This document shows positions 18,283 to 27,753 of a DNA stretch of 41,570 nucleotides, piece by piece. The translations under genes were made by a program, and so were the position numbers. The DNA is from Myxococcota bacterium (GTDB lineage Bacteria > Myxococcota > SpSt-1050), in assembly GCA_049969675.1 (NCBI GenBank), contig JBMFOP010000012.1:1-41570 (forward strand), given 5' to 3'. Position 1 is the first letter of the stretch; the number at the start of each line of letters is the position of its first letter. Under the pieces are notes generated by a model. The model searched no databases and was not told the origin of the DNA. It saw nothing but the letters and a program-made list of their open reading frames with translations.

Positions 18283-20100
18283 TTAATCTGGCAGGCTTTT
18301 TAAAATATTTTCTAACTCTTTGACCCTGTCAAACTCCCGGTAATATTTATATACTTCAATCAACTTTAATATTATCTCACGGGCTTTTTTAAAATCTTTC
18401 TTTACATTCAGATATATCTGGATCAGGTTATTGAGTGCATTCATATTACTCCCATCTCTTGAAAGGACCTCATCATACAATTTTATGGCTGAATCAAAGT
18501 CGCCTCTGAGCATATAGAGATTGGCAAGATTATTAAGCGCCTTTGTATTTTCAGGATCAAGCTCTCTTACTATCTTAAAAAATCTCTCAGCCTCTCTGAA
18601 GTCGTTCTCTGATTTTGTAACATTTGCTAACATCCCATAACAGATTCCGGTATTTAATATTGCATCAATATAGGCTGGTCTGTAATAGATAGATTCTATG
18701 TAATGTTTTATAGCCTTTATTAGATTTTCCTGATACCTATTCATATATTCCTGAGATATCCCCTCATCTCCCATTTTGTAACTCTGAAATGAATTGACTA
18801 TATCAGATTCTGCCTGTTTTCTGAGTGCATCGGCATATGCATAATGTGTAGCCCATGAATCTGGAGTCTTCTTAATGATGTCCTCCCACAGTCTTATAGA
18901 GTCGCTCCAGATATAATTTCTGTATATTGTGAGGATAGATAGAATAACCAGTATAGTAATAAGTGCAAGACTGATATACCTCTGATAGTCTGTAAATTTC
19001 TTACTTATTGTAAGAATGATAAAAGAGATTGAGATAAAAAAGCCTATCATTGGTAAATAGATATGTTTCTCAGTCATCGCCTCCTGAAATGGGATAAAGC
19101 TTGAAGAAGGGAGGAGGGTAATAAAAAACCAGAGGACTCCATAAGAGATTACTGGCTTTTTATAGTGATATTTAATAGCATACCATATTAAAGATAGTAG
19201 GGTAAATATACAAAGAAGCGTGTAAAAATTTAATATGCTTCTCACCGTTGGATAGTTGTGAATGAGGTTCTGCCCAAAGGGGATGAGGAGCAGTCTGATA
19301 TACTTTATTATAACCTCTGATTGTGTAAGTAGATTCTCATAGATAGAACGTGGGAGCACCCCACCTACCTTTTCATAAGTAAAGAAGAAGTAAAGTCGCA
19401 AAATAAGACCTGCTGTGATAATTAAGACAAAAGGAAGGTGTGTGGAGAATACCCTTTTGATAGAAGCTTTATAATTTAATCTCAGGCAAATTATATCAGT
19501 GAGTATTAAGATAATTGGGAGTGTGAGAATAATCTCCTTTGCACCAGCCCCTAATAAGAAGAATATTATAGTAAATGAATAGTACATAATCTTCTGGAAT
19601 TTTTGTTCGGTTTTGTAATATTGTGTGTAAGATATCATACCTGCTAAAAAGAAGAAGGTAGCGAGCAGTGATGACCTGCTTGAGATATATGTTATAGCCT
19701 CTGTCCCGATTGGGTGAATGGCAAATAATGTAGATGATAGAAATGCAACTTTTATAGAGTCCTCATCGCTTAAAAAAAATAGGGTTATCCTCCTCACCAG
19801 AAGTGACACAAAAAAGATATTTATTAAATGCAAAATTACATTAAATATATGGTAGGATAGAGGATTTAACCCGGAGATTGCATAATTGACAGCAAAGGTA
19901 AGAAATAGGATAGGTCTGAAGAGGGAGTGTGTAAAGATTGATTTTACATCCTCTATGACCCGAATATTTCTATTTTGTAATACAGTGTCATAATCGTCAT
20001 ATTGAAAAGGGGCATTCAGGCCGTTGAGATAGACTACCAATCCAAAGATTACTGGTAATATAAATAATATCAGATTAGTATTTTTGTTTGAAAATAACAT
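18283..20100 (-). CDS. TMTC-like GT-C membrane glycosyltransferase with C-terminal TPRs
   Basis: F.YDD after TM1, FRP, YH..N..LH, LFAIHP..TEA..YI..R, AKE, EKHIYLP, RN..W.D...LW, then TPR repeats. Confidence 0.85.
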   Translation of the reverse strand: MLFSNKNTNLILFILPVIFGLVVYLNGLNAPFQYDDYDTVLQNRNIRVIEDVKSIFTHSLFRPILFLTFAVNYAISGLNPLSYHIFNVILHLINIFFVSLLVRRITLFFLSDEDSIKVAFLSSTLFAIHPIGTEAITYISSRSSLLATFFFLAGMISYTQYYKTEQKFQKIMYYSFTIIFFLLGAGAKEIILTLPIILILTDIICLRLNYKASIKRVFSTHLPFVLIITAGLILRLYFFFTYEKVGGVLPRSIYENLLTQSEVIIKYIRLLLIPFGQNLIHNYPTVRSILNFYTLLCIFTLLSLIWYAIKYHYKKPVISYGVLWFFITLLPSSSFIPFQEAMTEKHIYLPMIGFFISISFIILTISKKFTDYQRYISLALITILVILSILTIYRNYIWSDSIRLWEDIIKKTPDSWATHYAYADALRKQAESDIVNSFQSYKMGDEGISQEYMNRYQENLIKAIKHYIESIYYRPAYIDAILNTGICYGMLANVTKSENDFREAERFFKIVRELDPENTKALNNLANLYMLRGDFDSAIKLYDEVLSRDGSNMNALNNLIQIYLNVKKDFKKAREIILKLIEVYKYYREFDRVKELENILKSLPD

Positions 20101-20122
20101 AATTATGATATAAATAATTGTT

Positions 20123-21265
20123 ATGCAAAAAGCAAATATAAATTTAGTGCATATCGCTTTTGCCTTTTATCCATATATGAATCTGGGAGGTGTTCCCCGT
20201 GCGGTCTATGATATGGTAAGGGCCCAGAGAGAGAAATATAATATAAAAGTAATTACAAACAGGGTAGAGGAGAGGATATTTGAAAGTTTATATGATGTAG
20301 ATGTTATATATTTGAAGAATTTGAGCAGAAAGATGATTTATAAATATCAGTTTTATACCCCTCTGCCGGAGAGGGCGTTATTTTCAGCATTAAAGGATGC
20401 AGAGATTCTCCATTTCCATGGACATCGCAACCTGTTGAATGATATTTCATTTTACATAACAAGACTATTCAAAAAACCTTATATAATAACAACTCATGGG
20501 ACACTCCACAGTTATGAGAGCAAAAAGTTAATTAAAAAAATTTATGATACATTTTTGGGTAGAAGATTTGTAGATAATGCAAGGTTTATAGTTGTTCATT
20601 CAGATGTGGAGAGGAGAAAACTGATATCAATCGGAGTAGATAAAAATAAGATAGAGGTCATTCCTAATGGTATATTCTTTGAAGACATGAGAGAGGATAT
20701 GGGGGATTTGTCATTCTTTAAAAAATATAAATTTGATAATAGAAATAGAATCATTCTCTTTTTAGGAAAGATTACTCGCCGAAAAGGAGTTGAAACTGTA
20801 GTGGATGCATTTAGAAGGATCAAAGATAAAGATTTGAGGCTTATCATTGCTGGAGAGGTGCTCCAAAGGCTACCCGATAGCATTAGCAGAGATAGCAGGA
20901 TAATGTACATTGGACATCTTGAACAGAGGGAGAAGGTCTCTGCAATCATATCATCAGAACTCCTCTTATATCCGTCTATCTATGAGGCATTTGGATATGT
21001 GCCCTTTGAATCGCTATATCTGAATAGACCCTGTATAGTTGGAGATGACTTTGGGACATCAGAGCATCTATCAAAGGTGGTTCCAGAACTGATGGTAAGT
21101 TATGGGGATTCAATTGAGTTGGCGGAACATATTATAAAATTTATATATGATAAAAAATATAAGGATGAAGTTGTGAAGAGGGGGAGGGAATACATTATAG
21201 AGCATTTTTCAGTTGATAAAATGGTTAGGAGATATGATGAGATTTACAAGAGGGTTTTAGAATAA
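20123..21265 (+). CDS. Glycosyltransferase family 4 (GT-B)
   Basis: GGVPR, T.HG, IPNGI, FLGKI..RKG, PSIYEAFGYVPFE. Confidence 0.92.
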   Translation: MQKANINLVHIAFAFYPYMNLGGVPRAVYDMVRAQREKYNIKVITNRVEERIFESLYDVDVIYLKNLSRKMIYKYQFYTPLPERALFSALKDAEILHFHGHRNLLNDISFYITRLFKKPYIITTHGTLHSYESKKLIKKIYDTFLGRRFVDNARFIVVHSDVERRKLISIGVDKNKIEVIPNGIFFEDMREDMGDLSFFKKYKFDNRNRIILFLGKITRRKGVETVVDAFRRIKDKDLRLIIAGEVLQRLPDSISRDSRIMYIGHLEQREKVSAIISSELLLYPSIYEAFGYVPFESLYLNRPCIVGDDFGTSEHLSKVVPELMVSYGDSIELAEHIIKFIYDKKYKDEVVKRGREYIIEHFSVDKMVRRYDEIYKRVLE

Positions 21266-21372
21266 TCAATTGTCTTTTTTATAAATAATTCTTGACTTAA
21301 TGACTCCAATCTCATTACCAGTACAGAATCTCACCCTCCCACCCAAACTCTTTTCAAATACTATAAAGGTAA

Positions 21373-22095
21373 TTATTTTTTCCCCTTGATAATTAGACTG
21401 ATATTTCTTAGAGATTCGCCTCTCCTGTACGAATAAAAGAGTGAGTTCAGACAATAGGTGCAGAGCCTTGCAACAGCAATGTTCCCTGATGGAATTCGGC
21501 AATTTTTTGCCTGCATATAGAGGGTGGATTCAAGACTGAGAAATAGCCTCTTCCCTCTTCTGATAAATATGTCCTCTCTATTATAGCCATTCATCTCAAA
21601 TTCATTAATAAGTTCGTCTTTGACTGAATAACAACATTCTCTTATATGAGGGCCACAGATTATATTTATAGTCTCTGGCTTAATGCCCCTTTTGAAAAGT
21701 ACTGTTCTGATAAATCTTTCAAAGATCTTATCTCGTGCACCTCTCCATCCCATATGGATGGCGGCAATAATACTCCCTGATACTACAAATATCGGCATAC
21801 AGTCTGCAGTCTTAATACAGAGCGCCAAATTTTTCTTTTCGGTCCATATGGCATCTGTATTTTCCTCTATTTGATAGGATATTCCTTTGTAATGTCTCAG
21901 ATGTATTCTCCTTATCTCTTTTATGTCAATTCCATGCACCTGTTGCATAAGGATGAATCTTTTGATACCGGTCTCTCCAGAGAGCACGCTTAGATATTCT
22001 AATATCTCCTCTTCTTGCTCTTCTACATTATGTTCACGAGTGCCAAATATTATCTTTAATTCTTCATTTACAAATTGGGGTTCCAGTAGTATCAT
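21373..22095 (-). CDS. pgeF: PgeF/YfiH family purine nucleoside phosphorylase / peptidoglycan editing factor
   Basis: QVHG, DAIWT, TADC.PI, IHMGWRG, GPHI..CCYSV, CTYC...FYSYRR. Confidence 0.9.
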   Translation of the reverse strand: MILLEPQFVNEELKIIFGTREHNVEEQEEEILEYLSVLSGETGIKRFILMQQVHGIDIKEIRRIHLRHYKGISYQIEENTDAIWTEKKNLALCIKTADCMPIFVVSGSIIAAIHMGWRGARDKIFERFIRTVLFKRGIKPETINIICGPHIRECCYSVKDELINEFEMNGYNREDIFIRRGKRLFLSLESTLYMQAKNCRIPSGNIAVARLCTYCLNSLFYSYRRGESLRNISLIIKGKK

Positions 22096-22176
22096 AATGG
22101 TCGTTTATATTATATCAGTATGGTGAAATTTCAAATTTTTATTGTTAATTTTTTCTAATTTTCAGTGAGGTAAATT

Positions 22177-24147
22177 ATGAGAATGATACGATATTCTTTT
22201 GCAATGTTCTTGATTCTATATGGCTGTATGCCGCAGAATGAGATAATATATCTTGATGCAGAAAATCTATATGATGCAAATTTAGAAGATATCGCCTTAG
22301 ATGATGCAACTCTTACCGATACCGAGAGTGCTCTCTCTACTACAAGACCAGCCTTTGTAATTGATAGGAAAAAGAGGAATTTACCATTCCCTAACGATTT
22401 TTTTACAATTGATGACACTTTTTGCACCTCAAAGAGGAGAGTAAATCTTCAGGATGTGAATAATGAAGCCATTGATATTGGATTAACCTTCCTTGGGGAC
22501 CAGTATCTACCAGCGATTAATAAGATGTGTGGATTTGCTACATTTGCACCGATTATTATTCCATTTGTTGGAAAAGTTGATATATCTATTTATAAGAATA
22601 TTGCAGATAATTTTGATAAATTGCCCGTCCTTTTATATAAGGGCGGAGTCAATCCGGAGATAGTACCAATTACAATTGACTTTGTGGAGAAATATCTGGA
22701 GAGTAGCCGCAGACTACTGAGGTATCTCTCCATTAGACCTATAAGACCGCTGCTTGAAGATACTAAATATTATTACTTTGTCTTAAACCACCTGACAGAC
22801 TCAAAGGGTCTGAAGATTAGTAGAGATAAAGATTTTTCAAAGATTATTTCGCAGAGTGAAGGACTAAATGAGGATGAGAGGAGTCTTAGAGAACTGATCA
22901 ATGATTCAATTAAATTTTTGCAGGGTATAAGGGCTGATATCAGTGTTGACGACATTGTACTTGCCGGCAGTTTTACGACTATGGGGATAAGAAATATTTA
23001 TAGGAATGAGCGAAACCATATCTACTCTCAAGCCCTGCCATTGGATTATGTGTTTGATGTGGATGGGGACGGTAAGGAGGATATTGGAGATGCAAAGGAT
23101 TATAAAGGGAGAGACTATTCATCAATATCTGGATTAAAATATATTGTAGAGGGCGTATTTAATTCGCCCAACTTTTTAGATAAGAAAGGGAGGATGTCCT
23201 TTTTAGATTCTGATACACCAGTCTATCAGAAGACTGAGAAGCTCCAGTTCACTCTATTCATACCAGATGGACCTGAACCACACAGGATTGCAATGTTTCA
23301 GCATGGCTTAGGCTCACAGAGATGGGATATGACTGGACTTGCAGATATATTCCTAAAAGAGAATATAGCCTTAATTGCTATTGATGCAGTTACACACGGC
23401 TCCAGAACTGCTGACCCCTCAAGGTCCGGATTTCAGTTTCTGAACATCAATGACCCGCTTGCTACAAGGTCGAATTTTATGCAGACTCATTTTGACCATA
23501 TGAGGCTTGTTCAGTTTGTAAAATCACTTGAGGGAGTTGATAGATTGCCTTATGGTGCAAATGGCATTCCAGACTTTGATGTCTCAAAGTTCTTTTATAT
23601 TGGAAATTCGCTTGGTGGAATTCTGGGAGGTGTAACAATCTCTGTAGAAGATTCACTTGAACTCGCTGTCTTAAATGTAGGTGGGGGTGGTATGATGGAC
23701 TTTGTACAATCATTCTTATATCAGGCTGCCCCATCTCTTGCTGAGATGCCAGAGGTTCCTCTATTTGCAGTTATTGCGCAGAGTATTCTGGATGGAATTG
23801 ACCCATCTGTGCACTCAATTTATACCAACAGAAAAAAATACATACTACTTCAGGAGGCTTGTGAGGATTTTACAGTTCCGAATCCTACAACAGAGGGTCT
23901 GGCAAGGGCACTTGGTTTACCCCTTGTCAAACCAGTCTTTGAAAATATTCCATTTATTAAGATTGTAGATGAACCATATATCGGGAGTGGAATCACACAA
24001 TTCCACCCTGCGGGTCATTCATTTTTATTTATTCATTCTGGAGAGGAGGGTAAGGAAGGGGAGCGGGGCAGGAAACAGATTGTCCATTTTTGTAAGACAT
24101 ATCTTGAAAATGGCAGGGCAGAGATTAAGAGTTTCTTAAATGAGTAA
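22177..24147 (+). CDS. Alpha/beta-hydrolase (lipase-like, Pla-1/VolA-related) lipoprotein
   Basis: Lipobox LYGC; PFPND N-terminal motif; QHGL oxyanion region; AID...HG.R; GNSLGG nucleophile elbow; D..VPN; GHSF. Confidence 0.8.
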   Translation: MRMIRYSFAMFLILYGCMPQNEIIYLDAENLYDANLEDIALDDATLTDTESALSTTRPAFVIDRKKRNLPFPNDFFTIDDTFCTSKRRVNLQDVNNEAIDIGLTFLGDQYLPAINKMCGFATFAPIIIPFVGKVDISIYKNIADNFDKLPVLLYKGGVNPEIVPITIDFVEKYLESSRRLLRYLSIRPIRPLLEDTKYYYFVLNHLTDSKGLKISRDKDFSKIISQSEGLNEDERSLRELINDSIKFLQGIRADISVDDIVLAGSFTTMGIRNIYRNERNHIYSQALPLDYVFDVDGDGKEDIGDAKDYKGRDYSSISGLKYIVEGVFNSPNFLDKKGRMSFLDSDTPVYQKTEKLQFTLFIPDGPEPHRIAMFQHGLGSQRWDMTGLADIFLKENIALIAIDAVTHGSRTADPSRSGFQFLNINDPLATRSNFMQTHFDHMRLVQFVKSLEGVDRLPYGANGIPDFDVSKFFYIGNSLGGILGGVTISVEDSLELAVLNVGGGGMMDFVQSFLYQAAPSLAEMPEVPLFAVIAQSILDGIDPSVHSIYTNRKKYILLQEACEDFTVPNPTTEGLARALGLPLVKPVFENIPFIKIVDEPYIGSGITQFHPAGHSFLFIHSGEEGKEGERGRKQIVHFCKTYLENGRAEIKSFLNE

Positions 24148-25027
24148 AATATATATAGGGAGCTGCAGCTGGGCAGATAAATCTTTGATAGAATCTGGCA
24201 ACTTCTATCCAGAATTCGCAAAGGATTCGGAATCAAGATTAAAGTATTATTCCTCAGTCTTTAATTGTGTTGAGGTAGATTCTTCCTTTTATGCAATCCC
24301 ATCGGAAAAGAACTCCCAACTATGGGTGGAGAGGACGCCAGCGGATTTCATATTTAATGTAAAGGCATTTGGGGCGATGACCGGACATAGTATAAGCGTA
24401 AAATCACTGCCAGCAGATTTAAGAAAATCTATTTCTATAAAAGCTGGGGATAGGTTGTTTATAAATGAAAAGGCAATTCTATTTGAAATCTTCAATCTTT
24501 TTAAGAAGGCAATTGAGCCTATTAAGGTGGCGGGTAAACTCGGCATTGTGGTATTTCAATATCCACCATGGTTTCAAAATAGCGAAAGGAGCAAAACCAA
24601 TATTCTTTTTGCAAAAGAGAAGATGGATGGATTTCCAATTGGTGTAGAATTTAGGAATAGGAGCTGGCTTGATGAATCAGGAAGGGCAGATACCTTGAAA
24701 TTCTTAAGAGATAACGGAATAACATATATCATTTCTGATGCGCCGCAGGTGGTGAGTGAGAAGACTGTTCAATACTATGTAGATAATACATCAGATATTG
24801 CATATTTTAGATTTCACGGAAGGAATACAGAAAACTGGCTCAAGAGGGGTGTGGATGCCTCATTGAGATATGATTACGAATATTGTGAGGACGAACTGAA
24901 GGGCTTTGCAGATGATATAAATTTAATCAAAGGGAGGGTCAAAAAGTTATTTGCAATGTTTAATAATCATAGAGGTTCTCAGGCAGTGAGAAATGCACTC
25001 TCGTTAAAGAGAATACTTCTCCACTAA
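24140..25027 (+). CDS. DUF72 (YecE) family protein
   Basis: IG.CSW, L..YS..F..VEVDSSFY, F.FNVKA, FQYPPWF, VEFR..SW, YFRFHGRN, Y.Y.Y, FNNH. Confidence 0.92.
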   Translation: MSKIYIGSCSWADKSLIESGNFYPEFAKDSESRLKYYSSVFNCVEVDSSFYAIPSEKNSQLWVERTPADFIFNVKAFGAMTGHSISVKSLPADLRKSISIKAGDRLFINEKAILFEIFNLFKKAIEPIKVAGKLGIVVFQYPPWFQNSERSKTNILFAKEKMDGFPIGVEFRNRSWLDESGRADTLKFLRDNGITYIISDAPQVVSEKTVQYYVDNTSDIAYFRFHGRNTENWLKRGVDASLRYDYEYCEDELKGFADDINLIKGRVKKLFAMFNNHRGSQAVRNALSLKRILLH

Positions 25028-25127
25028 TTCTTCTCTCTTCTCCTCACTCTCACCCACTTATAAAACATATTCTTAGATGATTTTGTAGAATCTGCTGAAA
25101 ACTTATACGAAGCACATTTATAAAAAG

Positions 25128-25188
25128 CCTCATCTTGAAAATTCAATATCTTCGTTGATTGAATGAAAATCTATTTTGGACAGATGTG
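25128..25188 (+). mobile_element. Isolated right-end remnant of the same IS4-family element
   Basis: TTTTGGACAGATGTG (25174-25188) is the exact reverse complement of 2050-2064; CCTCATCTTGAAAAT (25128-25142) matches 2729-2743 at 14/15. Confidence 0.7.
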
Positions 25189-25283
25189 TTGTTATATAAA
25201 ATTGTAATATGAACCAATTAAGTAAAGTAATCACACGAGTTCAAAATGAAATAAATAGAGAAAACCGACTAAGATTTTATTTC

Positions 25284-25331
25284 TTGACATACCGATATAA
25301 TTGAGATATTAGTAAGGAATCCTAACTGATA
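25284..25331 (+). promoter_or_regulatory. Sigma70 promoter overlapped by a 12-1-12 inverted repeat (candidate Rrf2/NsrR-type operator)
   Basis: TTGACA(25284)-17 nt-TATTAG(25307); TATTAGTAAGGA-A-TCCTAACTGATA (25307-25331), arms 10/12 complementary. Confidence 0.6.
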
Positions 25332-25339
25332 AGGATGAT

Positions 25340-25816
25340 ATGTCAGAGTTCAGAGAAAAGGATATAAAAAGAGATATACAGATACTGAAGTTGTTTTTTA
25401 AGGTCTATTGTGAAAACAGGCATAAAGAAAGCCCCAAAAACATAGTTAGAATACGAGGTATTGTAGCAAGGTACCTTCAGGAAGAGATTAAATTATGTGT
25501 GGAATGTGAAAGACAATTTCTCTATGCTGTAACAAAACGAATAATATGCCCATTTGACCCAAAGCCAGAATGTAAAAGATGTCCATCAATCTGCTATTCA
25601 GATGAACACAGGATTTTTATGAGAGAGATGATGAGATATTCTGGTAAATATTTAATTCTTCATGGCAGACTGGATTTAATTTTAAGGTATCTATTGGAAG
25701 TTCCCTGCTGCTTTGGGATTGTCCATATAGCAAGAGAGTCGGCAAAGAGGTCGGGGAAGACCATTGATATTAAAAATGTAACTATCTCAATTGATGGTAA
25801 TATTAGAAGTCTTTAG
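25340..25816 (+). CDS. YgbA (nitrous oxide-stimulated promoter family) protein with an appended EVPCC tail
   Basis: YC...H, C.EC...YA..R...CP...KP.C..C...CY....R..MRE.MRYSG...I.HG, then an extra 40 aa starting LEVPCCFG. Confidence 0.85.
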   Translation: MSEFREKDIKRDIQILKLFFKVYCENRHKESPKNIVRIRGIVARYLQEEIKLCVECERQFLYAVTKRIICPFDPKPECKRCPSICYSDEHRIFMREMMRYSGKYLILHGRLDLILRYLLEVPCCFGIVHIARESAKRSGKTIDIKNVTISIDGNIRSL

Positions 25817-25914
25817 ACTCTTTAATCATAACTTCTACGCAAAATGCACAGAAGATCTTCAAGGATTTTGAATTGTTAGAACAAAAATCTCCTTTGCACT
25901 AAAACGATTATAAT
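25813..25914 (+). repeat. Repeat blocks A (25813-25856) and B (25878-25914), copy 2; probable IS/MITE end
   Basis: Matches 3026-3069 and 2861-2896; begins at the TAG stop of the ygbA-like gene. Confidence 0.7.
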
Positions 25915-25976
25915 TCCTTTTCCCTCAATTAAGTTTTAACACTTTTTTCTCCACTGAAAAATCTTTAAAAAGCCTT

Positions 25977-26096
25977 AAATAGCCCCCAGCAACTAAATCC
26001 CTTTATTCCTCTGTCTGCGCTCGAAGCCACCAAATCCTTATAAAAATTTTAGATTTTCACCAACTTTTTAAAATACTAAAACAAATAAGACAGATG
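25977..26096 (-). pseudogene. Tiny IS4-family transposase N-terminal remnant with a degenerate TIR core
   Basis: Minus strand reads FYKDLVASSADRGIKGFSCWGLF, similar to KADRGTKVF in the 2124 remnant; CATCTGTC core at 26096-26089. Confidence 0.55.
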
Positions 26097-26155
26097 ATAG
26101 AAAAACTCTAAAAGCAAATTACTTAACAATTATAAGTCAGGGAATAGAATTTCTT

Positions 26156-27733
26156 TTATAGGTGTGGACCTGCATCTATTACTTTTGCATCAGCGACTGA
26201 TTTAAACTTTTCAAAATTCTGATTGAACATAGCAATAAGAGAACGCATTTTCTCTCTATAGAGATTCTTATCCTGCCAGGTGTTTTCTGGTATAAGGACT
26301 CTACTATCAATCCCTTCAATCTTATCAGGGACAAGCAGATTCAGATTTTCAAGTTTTATAAATCTTGAGTCTTTAAGTTTCCCTTCAAGGGCTGCATTTA
26401 TAATTGTCCTTGTCAGTTCAATGCTCATTCTCTTCCCCACCCCGTAAGGTCCTCCGCTCCATCCTGTATTGATGAGCCAGCAACTTGCTTTGTGTTTTTT
26501 CATCTTTTCAGAGAGCATCTTTGCATAAACCCACGGGCTTCTGGGCATAAATGGTGCACCAAAGCAGGTTGAAAAAGTTGCCTGTGGTTCTGTAATGCCA
26601 GCCTCTGTCCCGGCAACTTTTGCGGTATATCCAGAGAGGAAATGATACATTGCCATCTCAGGTTCAAGTTTTGAAACAGGAGGTAGAATTCCAAATGCAT
26701 CCGCTGTTAAGAAGAAGATATTTTCAGGGTGATTCCCCTTTCCATCAAGAATAACCTGTGGGATAAAGTCCACAGGATATGTGGCTCTTGTATTCTCTGT
26801 AATTGATGAGTCGTCATAATTTACAATTCGTGTATTCTCATCATAAATTACATTTTCAAGTATTGAGCCAAACCTGATAGACTTGTAGATAAGGGGTTCT
26901 GAGATTTTACTCAGCCTGATTACCTTTGCATAACAGCCACCTTCAAAATTAAATATTCCCTTATCACTCCATCCATGCTCATCATCTCCAATAAGTCTCC
27001 TTGACGGATCTGCCGAGAGAGTAGTCTTCCCTGTTCCAGAGAGCCCAAAGAAGATAGCCGTATCTCCTTTTGCTCCAATATTGGCACTACAATGCATAGG
27101 GAATACGTTCTTCTCTGGCATTAAATAGTTCATTACTGTGAAGATGCTCTTCTTAATTTCACCCCCGTAATTGGAACCACAGATCAATATAACCCTCATC
27201 TTAAAGTTAAGAATAATTGCGGTGTTTGATCTTACTCTATCTTTCTCTCCATCAAGTTTTAGATTACCGCAGGCATAGACAGTGAAATCTGGTTCAAAAT
27301 TTGAAATATCCTCACTCTTTGGTCTTAAAAATAGTGTAGTGGCGAATAGGGCATGCCATGCCTGTTCGGCTACGACCCTGATCTTCAATCTATATTCAGT
27401 GTCAGCCCCTACATAACCATCAAAAACAAAGATGTCTTTATTTTGTAAATAATTTTGGATGCGCGAGAAGATATGATTATAAACCTCCTCATCTACTGGT
27501 ATGTTAATCTTATTCCAATCAATATTCCTCTCTGTACTCTCTTCTTTGACAATAAATCTGTCATTTGGTGACCTGCCAGTCCTCTCACCAGTTCTTACAA
27601 GTAGGGTTCCATTCTCACCAAGTCTACCTTCGCCCAATTTAATGCTTCTCTCAATTAATTCTGGAACCGAGAGATTTCTATAGCAGTTTTTGAATAATAT
27701 TCCCTTTGATTTTAACCATTCATAGATATTCAT
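26156..27733 (-). CDS. pckA: Phosphoenolpyruvate carboxykinase (ATP)
   Basis: TGRSPND, YGGEIKKS, MHCSAN, FFGLSGTGKTTLSAD, IGDDEHGW, NFEGGCYAK, TENTRA.YP. Confidence 0.98.
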   Translation of the reverse strand: MNIYEWLKSKGILFKNCYRNLSVPELIERSIKLGEGRLGENGTLLVRTGERTGRSPNDRFIVKEESTERNIDWNKINIPVDEEVYNHIFSRIQNYLQNKDIFVFDGYVGADTEYRLKIRVVAEQAWHALFATTLFLRPKSEDISNFEPDFTVYACGNLKLDGEKDRVRSNTAIILNFKMRVILICGSNYGGEIKKSIFTVMNYLMPEKNVFPMHCSANIGAKGDTAIFFGLSGTGKTTLSADPSRRLIGDDEHGWSDKGIFNFEGGCYAKVIRLSKISEPLIYKSIRFGSILENVIYDENTRIVNYDDSSITENTRATYPVDFIPQVILDGKGNHPENIFFLTADAFGILPPVSKLEPEMAMYHFLSGYTAKVAGTEAGITEPQATFSTCFGAPFMPRSPWVYAKMLSEKMKKHKASCWLINTGWSGGPYGVGKRMSIELTRTIINAALEGKLKDSRFIKLENLNLLVPDKIEGIDSRVLIPENTWQDKNLYREKMRSLIAMFNQNFEKFKSVADAKVIDAGPHL

Positions 27734-27753
27734 AAGAACTCCTTTGAGTTTGA

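Noticed and set aside
2050..25188. 23-kb composite transposon bounded by the exact 15-bp inverted repeat
   Set aside because: No target-site duplication (TTGAGATT left versus TTGTTATA right), the left remnant has its own degenerate right end at about 2812, and the cargo looks like core genes. Independent IS scars are more likely.
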